From NCBI GenBank assembly GCA_002269645.1, contig NIVC01000114.1:682001-746000 (forward strand): a DNA stretch of 64,000 bases, read 5' to 3'. Below are positions 45,716 to 59,318 of the stretch, one piece after another. Both the position numbers and the translations under genes were made by a program. The notes under the pieces were generated by a model. The model did not search any database. It was not told where the DNA came from and saw only the letters and a list, made by a program, of their open reading frames with translations. Every line of letters starts with the position of its first letter. Within the stretch, counting starts at the first letter, position 1. The DNA comes from Macrostomum lignano. Lineage: Eukaryota.

Positions 45716-48411
45716 GATTCAGCAAAAAAATTCAACCGCGAGCAACCCCGCGCAGCCACAAAGGTGGCGGCCTAAATAGGCACGCGCACGCACCAACGCA
45801 CCCACCACCCCACCAGACAGCCAGCACCCAAACAGCCCCCCCTTGCACTAACAGCGGTTAGCCCTCGCGGGCTCGCGCAAACCGATGCAATTTATAAAAA
45901 AATGTTTTAGCAATCTACAAAGCTTCTATCAGAGGTTCAGTAGGTTTGCATTTTTTGCCAAATTTATAGTGCTACTAGGTAAAAACCTACGCTAGTAAGT
46001 TGATGCGTCTGAGTAATTCTTTCCGGCTTCTTAAAATGAATTTGTTGTTTTTGCTCTTCAAACACAGCCTTACAGCCCTAAAGCCACCCCACTGAGCAAT
46101 GCTTATTAAAGTATCCAATTTTAATATAGAATCCTGGATTTTCATTTGTTGCTAAAAATAACTTGTTTCTAGAGATATTTGTTTTCTTGTTTCCGAACTG
46201 CTTCTAAAGCAGAGAAGACACTTGTTTTTCGTATATAGGGCTGCATATATTGGCGTAAAGACCAAAAAACGTCTTTGCTCAATGTATATAACATACAGGC
46301 AACAATAAAAGATGAACTAGCACTGAGTACACCAGTAAAAAACACGTAAATGCGCCTACTCATTTTTGTCAAATAGCGCTCAAGCTGCTTTACGTCTAGC
46401 GAAAGCAAAAAATCAAGTTGAAAAAACACTGCTGCGTTAAGGATTTTGAGAATCTTATCAAATCCTCAATGAAAAAATGCTGCATTGAAATTCATGAAAG
46501 TTCAAAACACAGTCGAAAGATAGCAGTACTTGCAATTGACCCCGAAGCAATGTGAACCAACTGATAATTACGGAATCAATTTTTGTGGACAAAATCAACT
46601 TATCCAAACTGTGAATTCAAGATTCTTTGTCAACTTCATCAAATATAGAAGTTGTAACAGCATGTTAAACACTTACGACGTAGATTTGGAAGCCTGGACA
46701 GCCACATCGTCACATCGAATTAGTAGTGCAAGTTCGTGTCACTATTTGTGACAGCGCCCTTATGCGGTAGCAAGCTAATAGATGAACCCATGTGGTCACC
46801 TCACTGGCTACTATACTGACTTCTATCGCTTAAAGGGATGTCAACCAAGCGCCAGAATGAAGCGTAAAGTGAAGCTACAGACCAAATTGAGTCCATTGAG
46901 AAACACTGAGGCATCGCATCGAAGTCCCTCCTTTAAGCTGCGAAGTGACAAAGAGTTCGAGCGGGCAGTTATCCATTGTACAGTCAATTTGGGCTTTACT
47001 TTGGGCTGCATAGCGATCTTTATAATAAATCATCCATGATAATAATGACAGGTTTGCCCTGGCGACATTGCATGTTAATATCTCGCTGACGGCCAAAAAC
47101 ACAGGCACACACTCACACAAAGTGTACATCGGTCCTGTCTTTCTAATCCGATAATTAGAATAGAACCGTGTTCTATAATTAGAATAGAATAGAAAAGAAT
47201 TAGATAGAACCGCGGTGGCTAAGGCGTCAGAGTTAGGCGCACGTTTATACTGCTGAGTTGCTTTTGCCCCGTGTACACGTATCTTTACTACACATGCACT
47301 TTACTCCACCGCAATTAATCAACTATCGTAGATACCCTTAATATCAGCATTAAAAATAGTTCAGAAACAAGTACAGTTTAAAACTTCGAGACATCAATTT
47401 TGGAGCACTTCCATGGCTTTGCAAGGAATCAAGCCTTAAGATCCGGCTCAATTAGGTGTTTAAGTTGTTCTCCATTTAAAGGATCGTTCACGCCCAGGAG
47501 AGTCGCCACCGAGGGGGGGCGGTTAGGGGGACAGGGGGCCAATGCTTTGTCCCCCGCAACCTAATGAGTGCCTGCGGCGCTAAAATGAGTGCCTGCGGCG
47601 GTAAAATGAGCGCTGACAACACCGATTCTGGAAATAATGTACATGTACAGGTGAATTCTTGACTTTTTCCCCCACTAAAAAACCATGGCAAAACCATTTG
47701 TAATCACGTCACAATAAAGGAAGGCAAATTTTGAATGACATGGCCTGTGTACACCGTTGGAGTTGTTTGATGCTATTCGATGGCACAAACAAGCCTTTAA
47801 GCCGTCAATTGTGTGAGGTCATAGGGCACCGGGCACTGGTTTTGGTGTCATGTACATTGCTTATAATTTCTCTATACAAAGAAAACCTTGGCCGCCGCAC
47901 ACCAACGCAGTAGAGGCATATTTAATTCATATAAAAATACCTTTCCGTCTGCATTGATTTTACGGTAAAAGCTGTCAAAATATTTCTGTTACCTTGTTCA
48001 AATTCGAGCGTAAAATAATAACAATAAAGAAGCCGAATTTCAAAAAAAAGAAAGTTAGGCTGGCCAGAGCCTGAGATCCAGCGTGAAAAATCCTAAAGTA
48101 AATTTATAATAGAACACTCAAGAGGATGATGCAATGAGATTTTGTGAATCTTAAAATAGTCTATCGCGTTTTAAAAAGGTTCTGGATATTCTGCACCCAA
48201 GAAACGTACATAAACATTTTTTAAATAAATGACGGAGCTAAGTACTCGTAGAGACGTAGATATTTTCAAATGAGAATAAGCTAAGATGTGGGGCCCAAGT
48301 ATTTGCTTAATGAAAAGAGGAATTTTAGTAAAATGATAAAGGAATAAAGATATTTACAATCGATAGAATGTCAACAATAACAGTAACAGTAGACAGGAGC
48401 CCATCGACTGC

Positions 48412-51400
48412 TCAGAAAAACACCTCCTGTGGACACGGCGGCATTCCGTCCGGTCTCAGGTGTCCAACTCGAACACCGGTTGGGCCGTTCAAGTCGAATC
48501 TGTCCCAAACCCACGGGCTTCGATGCTTCACTTCGTGAGCTCGTCTGAGCTTCAGGAAAACAAGAGTACCTGCAGGTGAAAATGAATTTAAACAGAATAA
48601 CGAAGCCTCGCTCGTTAGTTATGTGAAACAACGGACTCACCAATGCAGGCGCCAATGATAATGATCGTGGATGAAACAATTCCTGCGATCAATGCACTCG
48701 CACGTCTAGGCGGTGAGTCTTGTTTTGAATCCTTGTTAGAGTCCGGCTCAGAACACGTGGGACCGTGCCAACCAGCTGCGCACTCACACCTGCAACAGTT
48801 TGGACTCACGTGCGATGATAAATGACTATTTTATTAGCTATTGCTAATAAACTTACCTATACGTGACAAAGAAAAAATTCCAACACGTAGCGCCATTCTG
48901 ACAAGATTTTGAAGTCTCGCAACGAGTTTCAACTTCAGCGATAAAAGCGACTCCTACTGACTTGCTGGCAACAATTGTTCTTGGAAGCCTCTCGGTCCAA
49001 GTGGAATCGTTTTGTTTGAGGATCAACGGCCAAACTTCATTGATTCTGGGAGCAGATATAACACCTCGAAACGCAGAAATATTTGATGAAAGAAGCCGAG
49101 CAATGTCAGTTGGCAGTGCCGCCATGGATCGTCTCGATCGCCGGCTGGGATTAAACGATGGAGCCGGAGCTGGCTTGGCGCCGCTGAAGCCGCCGATGAT
49201 GAGCTGGCCTGACAGCTGCGGCAGCGGACTCGCAATGCTCAGCGATGCCGACCTGACTGAAGATGACACTGACAGCGACAGCCAGCGACCTGATATCGAC
49301 ACGGAGATCTTCACTGAGACGAAGCTTCCATTGGCCACCGAGTCTGGGGACGTCAGCCCTGCGATGAGGGAGCCGTTGCCGTGCAGTAACTGGGCGGACA
49401 GACGGCCATCGTGATCGATCTGAAAAGATTTTAAAGCAAAAACTGACTTTAAAACACCTTGAACATCTACAGAGGAGCACCACAAGGACACTGACCGTAA
49501 CTAGCAGTCTCGGAGTGGCCGCCAAGTCGCTCGGGTCGCCCAGCAGCAGCAGAAATGCTGCTCGAGACAAAGTCACCAGCCTCAGCTCAATCGTCCACGA
49601 GTCTCCGCCATACACACTTGACACACCTACTGCAGACGCGAACCTCGCTGATGACACGCTGCCGCCCACACCCAGTGAGAACGATGGAAGCTCAACGGAG
49701 CAGTTTCGACCTCCGAAGTCCGCAGCGCAGTGGCACACAAAGTCATTCCACACATCTGAGCACATCGAGCTCGTCTTTGCTTCACAAGGCGACGGGCTGC
49801 CGCACTGCACCGACCGACTGCAGACTCCCCAGGTCGCGTTGCTCGACTCCGCCGTGGTCTCCGTAGCGACCAATGTCGAGTCGTTCGTCACGAGCCGCAG
49901 GTCTCTGACGCAGCCGCGGAAGCCGCCGCCGTCGATGCCGGATCCGCTCTCGCCGCCGACACGAACCGACATTCGACTGTTCGGCTTGAATGAGTCCGAC
50001 AGACCGTCGACCAGCTGTGCTCGAGGCAGCTGACTCACTCCTGACTCACTGCGACTCAATGTCGCACTGCCATTGGTCAGCGAGACCGACAGCGTCAGCC
50101 AATCAGCAGAGGCCAAGCTGTCACTGATTGGCCAAGCGACTCGACCAATCACAGACGATGAGGAATTGAAGAACAACAGCACGAGACTGGAGTCGTGAGC
50201 GCCGACTCGGATGTCTCCCCAGTGAGACGAGAGCCGGACCAGGTCGAAGTGGGCGAGACTCGTGCGGAACGACAGCTCGAAAGTGCAGTCAGCTGTTGTG
50301 GTGAAATTGGCGCTGAAACTGGACGTCCCGCTGAATGAAACTAGAGTGGTCTCGTTGCACTTCGGTCCAGACCAGCCAGGCTTGCAGGTGCAGCGATGTC
50401 CGTGAGCAGGTGACGGCAGCTCCTGAAGAAGCAGCGGCTCGCAAGTAGCATTGTTCTGGCACGGGCTGGAGTCGCAGCCAGTCAGTCTGACGCTGCAGTT
50501 TTTGCCTCCGAACTCAGCGGGGCAGCCGGTGCAGGCATAATCCGCTACCAGGTCCTTGCAGACGGCTCCGTTCTGACAAGGCACTCGCTCGCACTCGTCG
50601 ATGTCGACTGAGCAGGTCGAGCCCTCGTAGCCGGGCAGGCAGTGGCAGGTGAATGAGGCCAGGCCGTCCGTGCAGCTCGACGCGTGAGCGCACACGCTGC
50701 GGTTGGTGTCCGGTTTCAGACAGTCGTTCGGGTTGATGGAGCACGTGTCTCCGTAGGCTCCTGTTAAAAAGTATTTTGCAAGTGGTAATAGCTGGCAGAG
50801 TTATTAGTGACCCCGATTTGTGTAACTTTCCTCTTATTAGCTCCGAGCGTAGTATTTTTTGGGTGTTCTATGCTTACTAGTGAATTTTTTTTTTATTAGC
50901 ATATACGACAGAAAAGAGGTTTTGAAATATTTTACTTTGGTAGTTTTCAGTAGAAGCCAATAATTTAACGTGATCTACGAAGACCTTTTGCTGAAAGTCT
51001 GACCAAATCTTGGGTTCAAACAGACTAAATATATGAAACTCTGTGATTTTCAAGGAAAAGCATTACCGTAGGCAAAGTATGCAAAATTCGATGCTATAAA
51101 GTTGGATGCAGAGCCGTTTTGCAGCAGCGAAATTGATGATAATTTAGCGATTTAGCGAATGGTACAATGACTGTACCTAAGGTAGTTTGTTAATACAGTA
51201 TTTGGGTCGTTTCAGCTTTTGGGAATTTTAAATTACGATAATAATTTCTAGTCTAAAAAGTTTATTTTTCTCAACTTAAGTCTTAATTTTGCTAGTTTTA
51301 AAGACGGCAATTGTTTTTGTTTAACACATCGACTCCATTTTAATTCATGGTGTTGGTGTCAACAGATTTATAATATACCTAATATTTAGATTGCGCTATT

Positions 51401-53554
51401 AGTTATCATTGTAGTCATCGCGATAGTCTGTAGTTTTAGAAATATTATTACAGCAGGCATTTGTTGGCAGTAAGGCAGTAATGCTTCATAAATTTAATCT
51501 CACCTTTCGGACACTGGCAGACAAAGCCAGCTGCTAGGGAGTAGTTGAAGGTGCCGTTGAATGGCGGCGGAAGTGACGGCTTTTCGTAGAGGTCTTTGTT
51601 GCTGCGCTCTAAACAGATGCCATGGTTGTGACACCTGTTTGGCGTGCAATCAATTATTTCATTGGAGCAGTCTGTACTGTCAAATCCATCGTAGCATTTG
51701 CAGCTGTACGAGTTGATGCCATCGATGCATGTCGCTCCGTTTTTGCACGGGTTCGGCTGGCAATCGTCAATGTTCGTCTCGCAGTTCTGACCTGCAGTGG
51801 AAAATAGCCAGCAAAAACAGGAGCAAATTAAATATTTTATTTCAGAGGCTGGTACTGATTTTCCAACAATTTTTTCTCTTTTTTTGTAACTTTAGAACGC
51901 TCTGTGTTTTCACTGAGGTGAACTCTGCTTATATAATTTGCATAATTTTGCTGTAAAATACTTTTTCATGCGAATTAAGTTTGCTTCTCAACTGCACAAT
52001 CTTCTCATTTATTTTGTACCTCATGTGATTTCGGTTACAAACGAATGCTGGTTATTGCCGGACCAAGGGAGGAGTAGCACAGTGTTCTAATGATTAAGCT
52101 GTTTTCCTTTTCTACTAGGTTCTTTACATTAATTTGCTTTCTACGAGCGGATGCATATCAATGCATTAATACTTAATTTCATGCCAGTATTCATTTTTAC
52201 ATGTCATATCAACTCATTGTGATGGAGTAAAAATAGTTCGTTATGCCTTGCGGTGTTACAATGTTATGACACAATTTTGCGAGTTTCAGGCTGAGTGTTT
52301 TTCGTTAGATTTCAGGAGTCCCAATTAAATTTTAGTGTTGGATTTCAACTCCAAAAAACAATGAAAAAATGTGAGATTTTGTGACAAATTGGCTGGTTGG
52401 TCGAGCATCATGTACACTCATTCCGTATACGTGAGACGTGCTCAGATGCCAGTTAAATAGACATGCCGGATGAAGTTCACGTAGTCTGCAAGCTGACATT
52501 GGTCAGAAATAACACAAGTGCCAACATACCAAAACTTATCTAGCTGACTAAAGTTTGTGCGATACCGTCCAAGTTATTTCACCAATGCAGTCTGGCTTCT
52601 CATTTCAATATTTTTAACAAAATGCTATCCATACGCTGTCAACAGCTATCAAAAATTAAACGACAGTAAAAGTTAATACCCGACAAAGGGACTGGACTGG
52701 AAGACTCTGGTCACTCGTCATCCGTCTTCTCATCGCGAAAATCTACGCTCGTATAGTATTTTGTTAGCCTTCGTTGCCTATTGTGTCAGCAAGTTATTGG
52801 GGTCCTAAAAGTGGTTGCAATAACCTGAGATTATAATTAATACAACTTCTGCCAATTCGAAACCACGATTACACCACTATAGCAGTAGTGCAGCAACTGA
52901 GTAACCGTCCCGTGATTTCGTAAAGGTAAATGATTATTTAAGAAAATTCTACGTAACTATCAGTTTTAGCTACACTCGTAGTTCACCACCACTAAAAAAT
53001 CGATACGTATAATAGGTCAGTAATGTAGATGAAGCCCCCGTTTAGAAATAATCTGACAGGTATCCTACAGCTGACCAAATTTGTGTCGGCTAGTGCTTGA
53101 TTGAAATTCTAGGACTGACATTCCTCACGCAATTACCGGATGTTTTTATAATCAAAACTAAAAAAAACACAGGTTTGAATAGCTATTGACTCACCGGTGT
53201 ATCCGGGAGCGCAGCTGCAGCTGTACCAGGGACTGGAATCTTTGCTGCTGCAGGTGCCTCCGTTCTGGCACTTAGATGGTTCTGTTGAACAGTATTTGAT
53301 ACGAACTGTGCAATGTGAGCCCGAATACGGCTCAAGACACACGCATGGAGGTGATGTATCGGTTGGGTGTGGCCAGCAATAGCCTCCACTCTTGCAGCTG
53401 CTGTTTTTGCACCCACTATTGTTTGCAAATGTCACTAAAGAAAAATTTCGGGACACTATTTAAAAACTGGACGGCATTTTTTAATTATTATGCAGAAATT
53501 ATAAATTTACTCACACAAGAAACTAGCTGACAAAGAGATGTAAATAAATATCAT
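48412..53554 (-). CDS. Crumbs-like paralog C: signal peptide, EGF repeats, 2 LamG, TM, QEVFF tail
   Basis: Exons: 53554-53515 ([13 protein letters not shown]), 53434-53195, 51791-51504, 50760-49496, 49419-48857, 48789-48641 (TM), 48569-48412 ([51 protein letters not shown]). The frame is continuous. Confidence 0.87.
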
Positions 53555-54782
53555 TACCAGTGAACCAATTCCGATTAAACTTCGCTGGAACTCCAGCTTG
53601 CCCGTAGCTTCCGAGACGCTCTGAATTGCAATTTATAGTTTGACCTGAAAACTGTTTCTATTTCAAAACTTTTGATAGAAAAGTTTTAGTTTTTTACCCT
53701 AGGATTTTGCTTCCTATTGACAAATCTTCATTGACAAACCTTCGTAAGCTACCAAATTGAACCTGAAGCAGCAGTTTGAAGTGCATGCGTCTGCCTGGAT
53801 GTAGATTAACTCTGGTTTACTACAGGCTACTTTTTACAGATGTTAACTAGACGTAAGAACAGAAAAATTAAGCTAGTAGGGTTCCGATGGAATTTCAGAA
53901 GTTGCTACATTTGTCTTTTACTAGTATAAAAGAGTTTTCCTAAACAGTGAAAAAGCGATTCGTTTGTTATTATTTGCTCGGCTTGATTAAATGGAGAGCC
54001 ATATTTTACATTAAAAATCATAGTAAAGCGAAAAAATATGCCATTAAGAGAAGTATGTCGTTACCTTTTTCATTTTTCGCTTTTTCCGCTCCAATTTATT
54101 GTCTAGAAAAAATTATTGAAATATATAATATTTCAATTTCTTTGCAGACTTCGCTCAGAGATACTCCTAATTTGATGACCGTTAAATTTATACGAGTTAC
54201 AAAATATAATTGTGCTCGATATTAAATTGCAACTCTAGCTATCCATGCGAAAAGTTCCGTGCTCCCATACTGTATATCTAGAAAAAGAAGCAAGCTAAAT
54301 AGAGAAATTTAGTATCCTCAATTCAAACATTCCGCTTCTGTAAACAGCTTACTGTATATTGCCAGGTTGATAGAAAGCAAACCCTTTCCACTGCGTTTCT
54401 GATTTGCGTGAAAGCGCATGACTCAAGCGGCCCAAATAAACAACAAGTTTGTAAAGAAAAGATCTACAGAAAACTTGTTAATTAAGGCATGCTAGGCAAT
54501 CTACACTGAAAAAATAGGATGTTAATGAATCTATTTTTAGCTTATTTAAACTTGTTTATGAAAATTTACGAGTAATCCGTTTAAAAAGTGTTTATTTTAC
54601 CACTTGGGTGCGACGCTGGGTTCGTGCGCTCATTATTCAAACGTACTTGAGTGCTTTTAAGCGAGAACGCGGCATCAATTTATAATGTGAGTATCTGTTG
54701 AAGAACACAAAGCCTTTCAATTTGTGCGAGTAAATTAAAACCTTAAAACCCCTTAGTCAAAATCTAAGGAGGCATCTTTTAT

Positions 54783-55136
54783 TAGAGACAGGGTGGGCGG
54801 CTGTGTGTAGTCTGGTGCACTTTAAGCGACATTGTCACACAACCGGCGAGAGGTGCATTACTGTCTATTCTGCAGACTCCCCTGAGCAGGCACACAAGAT
54901 ACGTACGCACAGATACGCACACATCACACAGGAGTGTACAGCGGCCCTGACTCTTTTTATTGCTAAGCATGTACACTTCACTGTGCCTTGCAGTTGTCCC
55001 TCAAAGGTGTTAATTGCACGAGCAGAGCCAAGCCGAGATTTCAGTTTAGCCCCAAATTAATGTGACTGCACTTGGAATCGAGCCTGGGCCGCTGACGCAT
55101 ATGTTGGGCTGCGCCTGACCACTGGGCTTTCGTGCC
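54783..55136 (-). mobile_element. tRNA-derived SINE (family 1)
   Basis: Minus-strand head GGCACGAAAGCCCAGTGG...GGCTCGATTCC; homologous to 1-143. The 3' boundary is approximate. Confidence 0.7.
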
Positions 55137-55775
55137 AAACAAGCAATATTCCATTCACAAGATAACACTCCTCAATTAGTCAGGTGTAATGTACTCAATG
55201 CTTTGTTTTATTCAGTTTGATTAACTGACATTTTAATGACAGAAGTTACTTTAGTAAGTTTTGGCATCATAAATTTGTCAGCTAAATTGAAAAAAATGTC
55301 TTGCATTTATTACGAACATACTTTATGACCTTATCGCCTGACGGAAATCAATTAGTGAAGTGTGATCTCTGTTGTCCCATCAGTGAATTTCTATGTGTTT
55401 TGCGTGTAATCTAGAATTAAGGTTATAAAATGCTGCAGTTTTTATCCATACAGCGAGTATAAAAACTTTGGTAACTACGATGAGAGTTGTACATTAGGCG
55501 AAAAGCTGCAGTTACTGTTTTGCCAACGAAACTGTAAATAATGTACGCTTTCTTATGCGGAGAAGCTTTAGAAAATACAGCAAATTACATATTTTCGCAC
55601 AGAGATTTCATGCAGTCTTCTTATCCACTTTTAGCAAAAAGTAGCTGCAAGAAATCCGTAGTTGTCCAAAGTATAAAGTATTAAAAGAAACAACTTCAAC
55701 AAAAAAACAACGCTTTAGTCATTCTATTCAAATGTCACCACAGAAAAAAGAAAGTAAGAAAATAATATTTAAATT

Positions 55776-58700
55776 TTAATACAAGCGTTTGAACAGGTAT
55801 TTAACCATCTTCCCTGTTTTGTGAATTTTGGGGTACCTCTTCCGTGTATTACTTGTGCCATTTTTAGGCATATACACGATATCCGGTTTTGCATATGATT
55901 CATCGTCAGTTGCAGCATCACGATGAAATAGCTCCACTCTGGGCCTCGGCTTTGGCGCCTGTTGACCCGGCTGTGAATCATCTTGCAAGCCGCTGTTAGT
56001 TGCTGCTTCAGCGGGAGTCTAAAATATAATTGCTACTATAGTGGCTTAAGCATGTACGAGTATTATTAGCTTAGTCTGTTTTTGTGTTCCTTGCAAAAAG
56101 CTCAATACTTTTAAAAGTAAACAAATACTGCTAAAAGTTTGAGTAGACGATTCTACATACCGGGTAGTCATATTCACTGGTGGCAATTGTACTTTCCTGT
56201 CAAAGAAACGGTTGAAAAAAATAATAAAAATTGCCATAAATCATTTTGTCTTAAAATAACAGCATATTAAGCGGAAGTCGTACCTGTAGTCTGTCAGCAA
56301 AAGCATAATTTGAATGAGACAGGTCTACTGACTCTTCACCGATCGGTCTCTGTCATAAGATAAAAACATTGGGGGAAAATTAAGCAACGTGCTCAAAATT
56401 CATCCGAAAATTTCTGACTGCTGAATGTAAAAGTGAAAGCGATGGAGCGGAGGTGTTGGAAGACTAAAATTTTGGCGCCCTTTTTACACCAGCTGTAGCG
56501 CTCTTCTTCCACATTTTAGCGTTCCTCAACAACTACTTTGGCTATGGCGCCCCTGGTGCTGGCGCCCCTGGTGCTGGCGCCCCTGGTGCTAAAGCCCCTG
56601 GTGCTAAATCCCCTGGTGCTAAAGCCCCTGGTGCTAAAGCCTGTGGTGATAAAGCCCTGTCAATCGAAGAAGTTAAATCGTAAAAAAGCATTAGATGAAA
56701 TTTTCGCTCACATTTTCATGACAGCAACGATTTCTAAATCGACGCCTGGCCAATAGGATCAGAAACACAGCGGAGAGAAATGTTGCTGGGATGACGATTG
56801 CAATGACGATAACACGGGTTTTCGATGTAGAAAGTGCACCTTCAGTCACTTGCGACGTAACTGAAACTTTGTTTGAGGTGTGCAAAGCAGATTTGGCAAA
56901 ATTATTTTCGAGTAAACTTGATATTCATTGCTTTGCTCGAAAAGAGAATGGTATGTCGACTATTTTCAACACAATGAAAGTTAAAATTCTGATCGGTGTG
57001 AAATCTATAGAGCATTCTAGGTCGTAAACATTTAAGATTAAACGCTCTAAAAGAAAATTAATCGCAATGCGAATCAAGATTTTCTGGCCAGTAACACACT
57101 ACCCCCTACTTTCTCGAAAAAAACAAATTTTCTCTGTTTACTGGTTCAAAAGGCACACTAAGAAGGTACCAGCTCCCTACAGTGCAATGCAATGATAAAC
57201 AACAGTCCATTATGCTTGGCCTGGGTTAGATAGTGTGAAGTCAGTAATGCATGAAAACCAAAGCAGAGAAGAGGGTTAGGCATTATACTACTTTTCTGAG
57301 ACTAAAACCCGTCGTTCATTATCGTTGGAGAATAAAGAGAAGAGCAGGAGAAAGCAGTTAGAGAGAAGAGCCTATTTGTAAGGGACATGGCTTGGGTTTG
57401 CAAAACTGCTACACAAAAATAGAAATGAGATAATAGCATGCAAAGGCTCATGCAGAAAAAGGCGTACTTGTGAATAGTGATTCTTCACAGCCAGGTAAAC
57501 ACACAGAGCCGGACGCACGCGAAAAGCTAAACGAACTGTTGAAGGGCGATGGAAGGTCCGAACTGTTGTACAATGAGGCGTTGCTTTTTTCGAAACAGCA
57601 GAAACCTTCTCCGCAAGGATTGAGGTCGCAGTCCGGAATGTCCTTGGAGCAGTCCTTGCCGTGGTAGCCCGAATGACATTCGCAGCTAAAAGTTGGGAGT
57701 ACATGTATGTAGCTCGTACCAGTGGGTTACTCAGCCATATACTTTATTCACGATCGAAACATGCAGAAAGGCAACACCAGCGAACTTACACAAAATTGTT
57801 GTAGAAAATATCGTGACACGTCGCTCCGTTCTCACAAGGCTTGAAACGCTCGCAGACTTTCTCAGCCAGTTTTCCAAGAACCACATTTGTTGAGCCGCTC
57901 GGTTTAATTGCTCCAGGAAAAATATCTTGTAGCGTTGCTGCTGGGGAGCTGAGAAGTAAAGCTGTGATTCCATTGATCCTGGTCGAGCCAATAATACCTC
58001 GAAATGCAGTAACATTGGCTACAGATGAAGATAAATTAGGATCCCAAACGGATCTTCTTGATCTGTCATTGCGGCTCAAAGGCGGAGCCGATGCTGCCGT
58101 GGCACCGTTAAAACCGCCGATGATGAGCTGGCCTGACAGCTGCGGCAGCGGACTCGCACTGCTCAGCGATGCCGACCTAACTGAAGATGACACTGACAGC
58201 GACAGCGAGCGACCCGATATAGACACGGAGATCTTCACGGAGACGAAGCTGCCGGTGGCCACCGAGTCTGAGGACGTCAGCGCTGCGATATCGGAGCCGT
58301 TGCTGTGCAGTAACTGGGCGGACAGACGGCCAGAGCGATCGATCTGAAAAGATTTTAACAAACTGAAAGATCGCACTAAATTCAGAAAAAAGAACCATTA
58401 AGGACACTGACCGTAGCGAGCAGTCTCGGAGTGGTCGCCGAGTCGCTCGGGTCGCCCAGCAGCAGCAAAAAAGCTCCTCGAGACAAAGTCACCAGCCTCA
58501 GCTCAATCGTCCACGAGTCTCCGCCAGACACACTTGACGCATTTGGCAGAGAAGCGAAACTCGCAGACGATACAACTCCGCTTATGCCGAACGAGTACAG
58601 CGGAAGCAGCACGGAGCAGTTTTTGCCTCCGAACTCAGTGGGGCAGCCGGTGCAGGCATAATCCGCTACCAGGTCCTTGCAGACGGCTCCGTTCTGACAC

Positions 58701-59318
58701 GGCTGTCCGAACCGCTCGCACTCGTTGATGTCGACTGAGCAGGTCGGGCCCTCGTAGCCGGGCAGGCAGTCGCAGGTGAAACTCCTGACACCATCGGTGC
58801 ACCCGCCGCCGTGCTGGCACGGGCTCGACGCGCAGTCCTCGATCTTGGAACTGCAGGTGTCGCCTTGGAAGTCAACGCGAGAGCAGTCACAGGTGTATCT
58901 GTAAGTTTTGAAACCAGTTAGCTACAAATACATTTTGGTTACAGTTTGGTTTTGTACCAACTAGAATCACGCAACTTACGTTGAGTTTCCGTCCTTACAG
59001 ACGCCGCCATTCCGGCAGGGCTTTGACAGGCAGTAGTCCGTATCTACGGAGCAGTTTGTGCCCTCCCAGCCTGTGAAGCAGGTGCAGCTGTAGTTTTGCA
59101 CCAGGTCAATGCAAAGGCCATTGATGCAGGGCTGGTCATGATTCAAAGCTAAACAAGCAAGCAGTTAAAATTTTCAGATTCTGTATGAGAGAAGTTGACT
59201 TACCTGAATCTCCCATCGCTTCATTTGTGCAAAAATGGATGATAAAGCTATTATAATTACCATCATTACTATTTTTTGTAACGGAGTAATCGGTTGATGA
59301 AGCGTTCCAGATGCCATC
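55776..59318 (-). CDS. Crumbs-like paralog B: EGF repeats, 1 LamG, degenerate Crumbs-type EGF, TM, Tyr-motif cytoplasmic tail
   Basis: Exons: 59318-59204 (non-EGF), 59148-58980, 58898-58412, 58343-57790, 57685-57468, 56860-56712 (TM VIVIAIVIPATFLSAVFLILLA-RRRFR), 56349-56284, 56196-56161, 56018-55776. A further hydrophobic exon probably ends at 59393. The start codon was not found and the 3' end of the last exon is uncertain. Confidence 0.75.
56546..56655. repeat. 15-bp satellite array in an intron of gene B
   Basis: (GCCCCTGGTGCTGGC / GCCCCTGGTGCTAAA)n; same family as the 11690 and 29515 arrays. Confidence 0.85.

Larger units (their letters stand above)
41423..45889 (-). mobile_element. Ngaro-type (DIRS order) tyrosine-recombinase retrotransposon, apparently intact
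   Basis: Split direct repeats A1 (45889-45731) - ORFs - B1 (41814-41737) - A2 (41737-41580) - B2 (41500-41423). Gag, RT/RNase H and YR ORFs are uninterrupted. There is no methyltransferase domain and no TSD. Confidence 0.93.

Noticed and set aside
46169-46429. Hydrophobic ORF as the missing signal-peptide exon of gene D
   Set aside because: No suitable phase-0 donor was identified, and exon 40097-39953 already supplies the hydrophobic core of the signal peptide.
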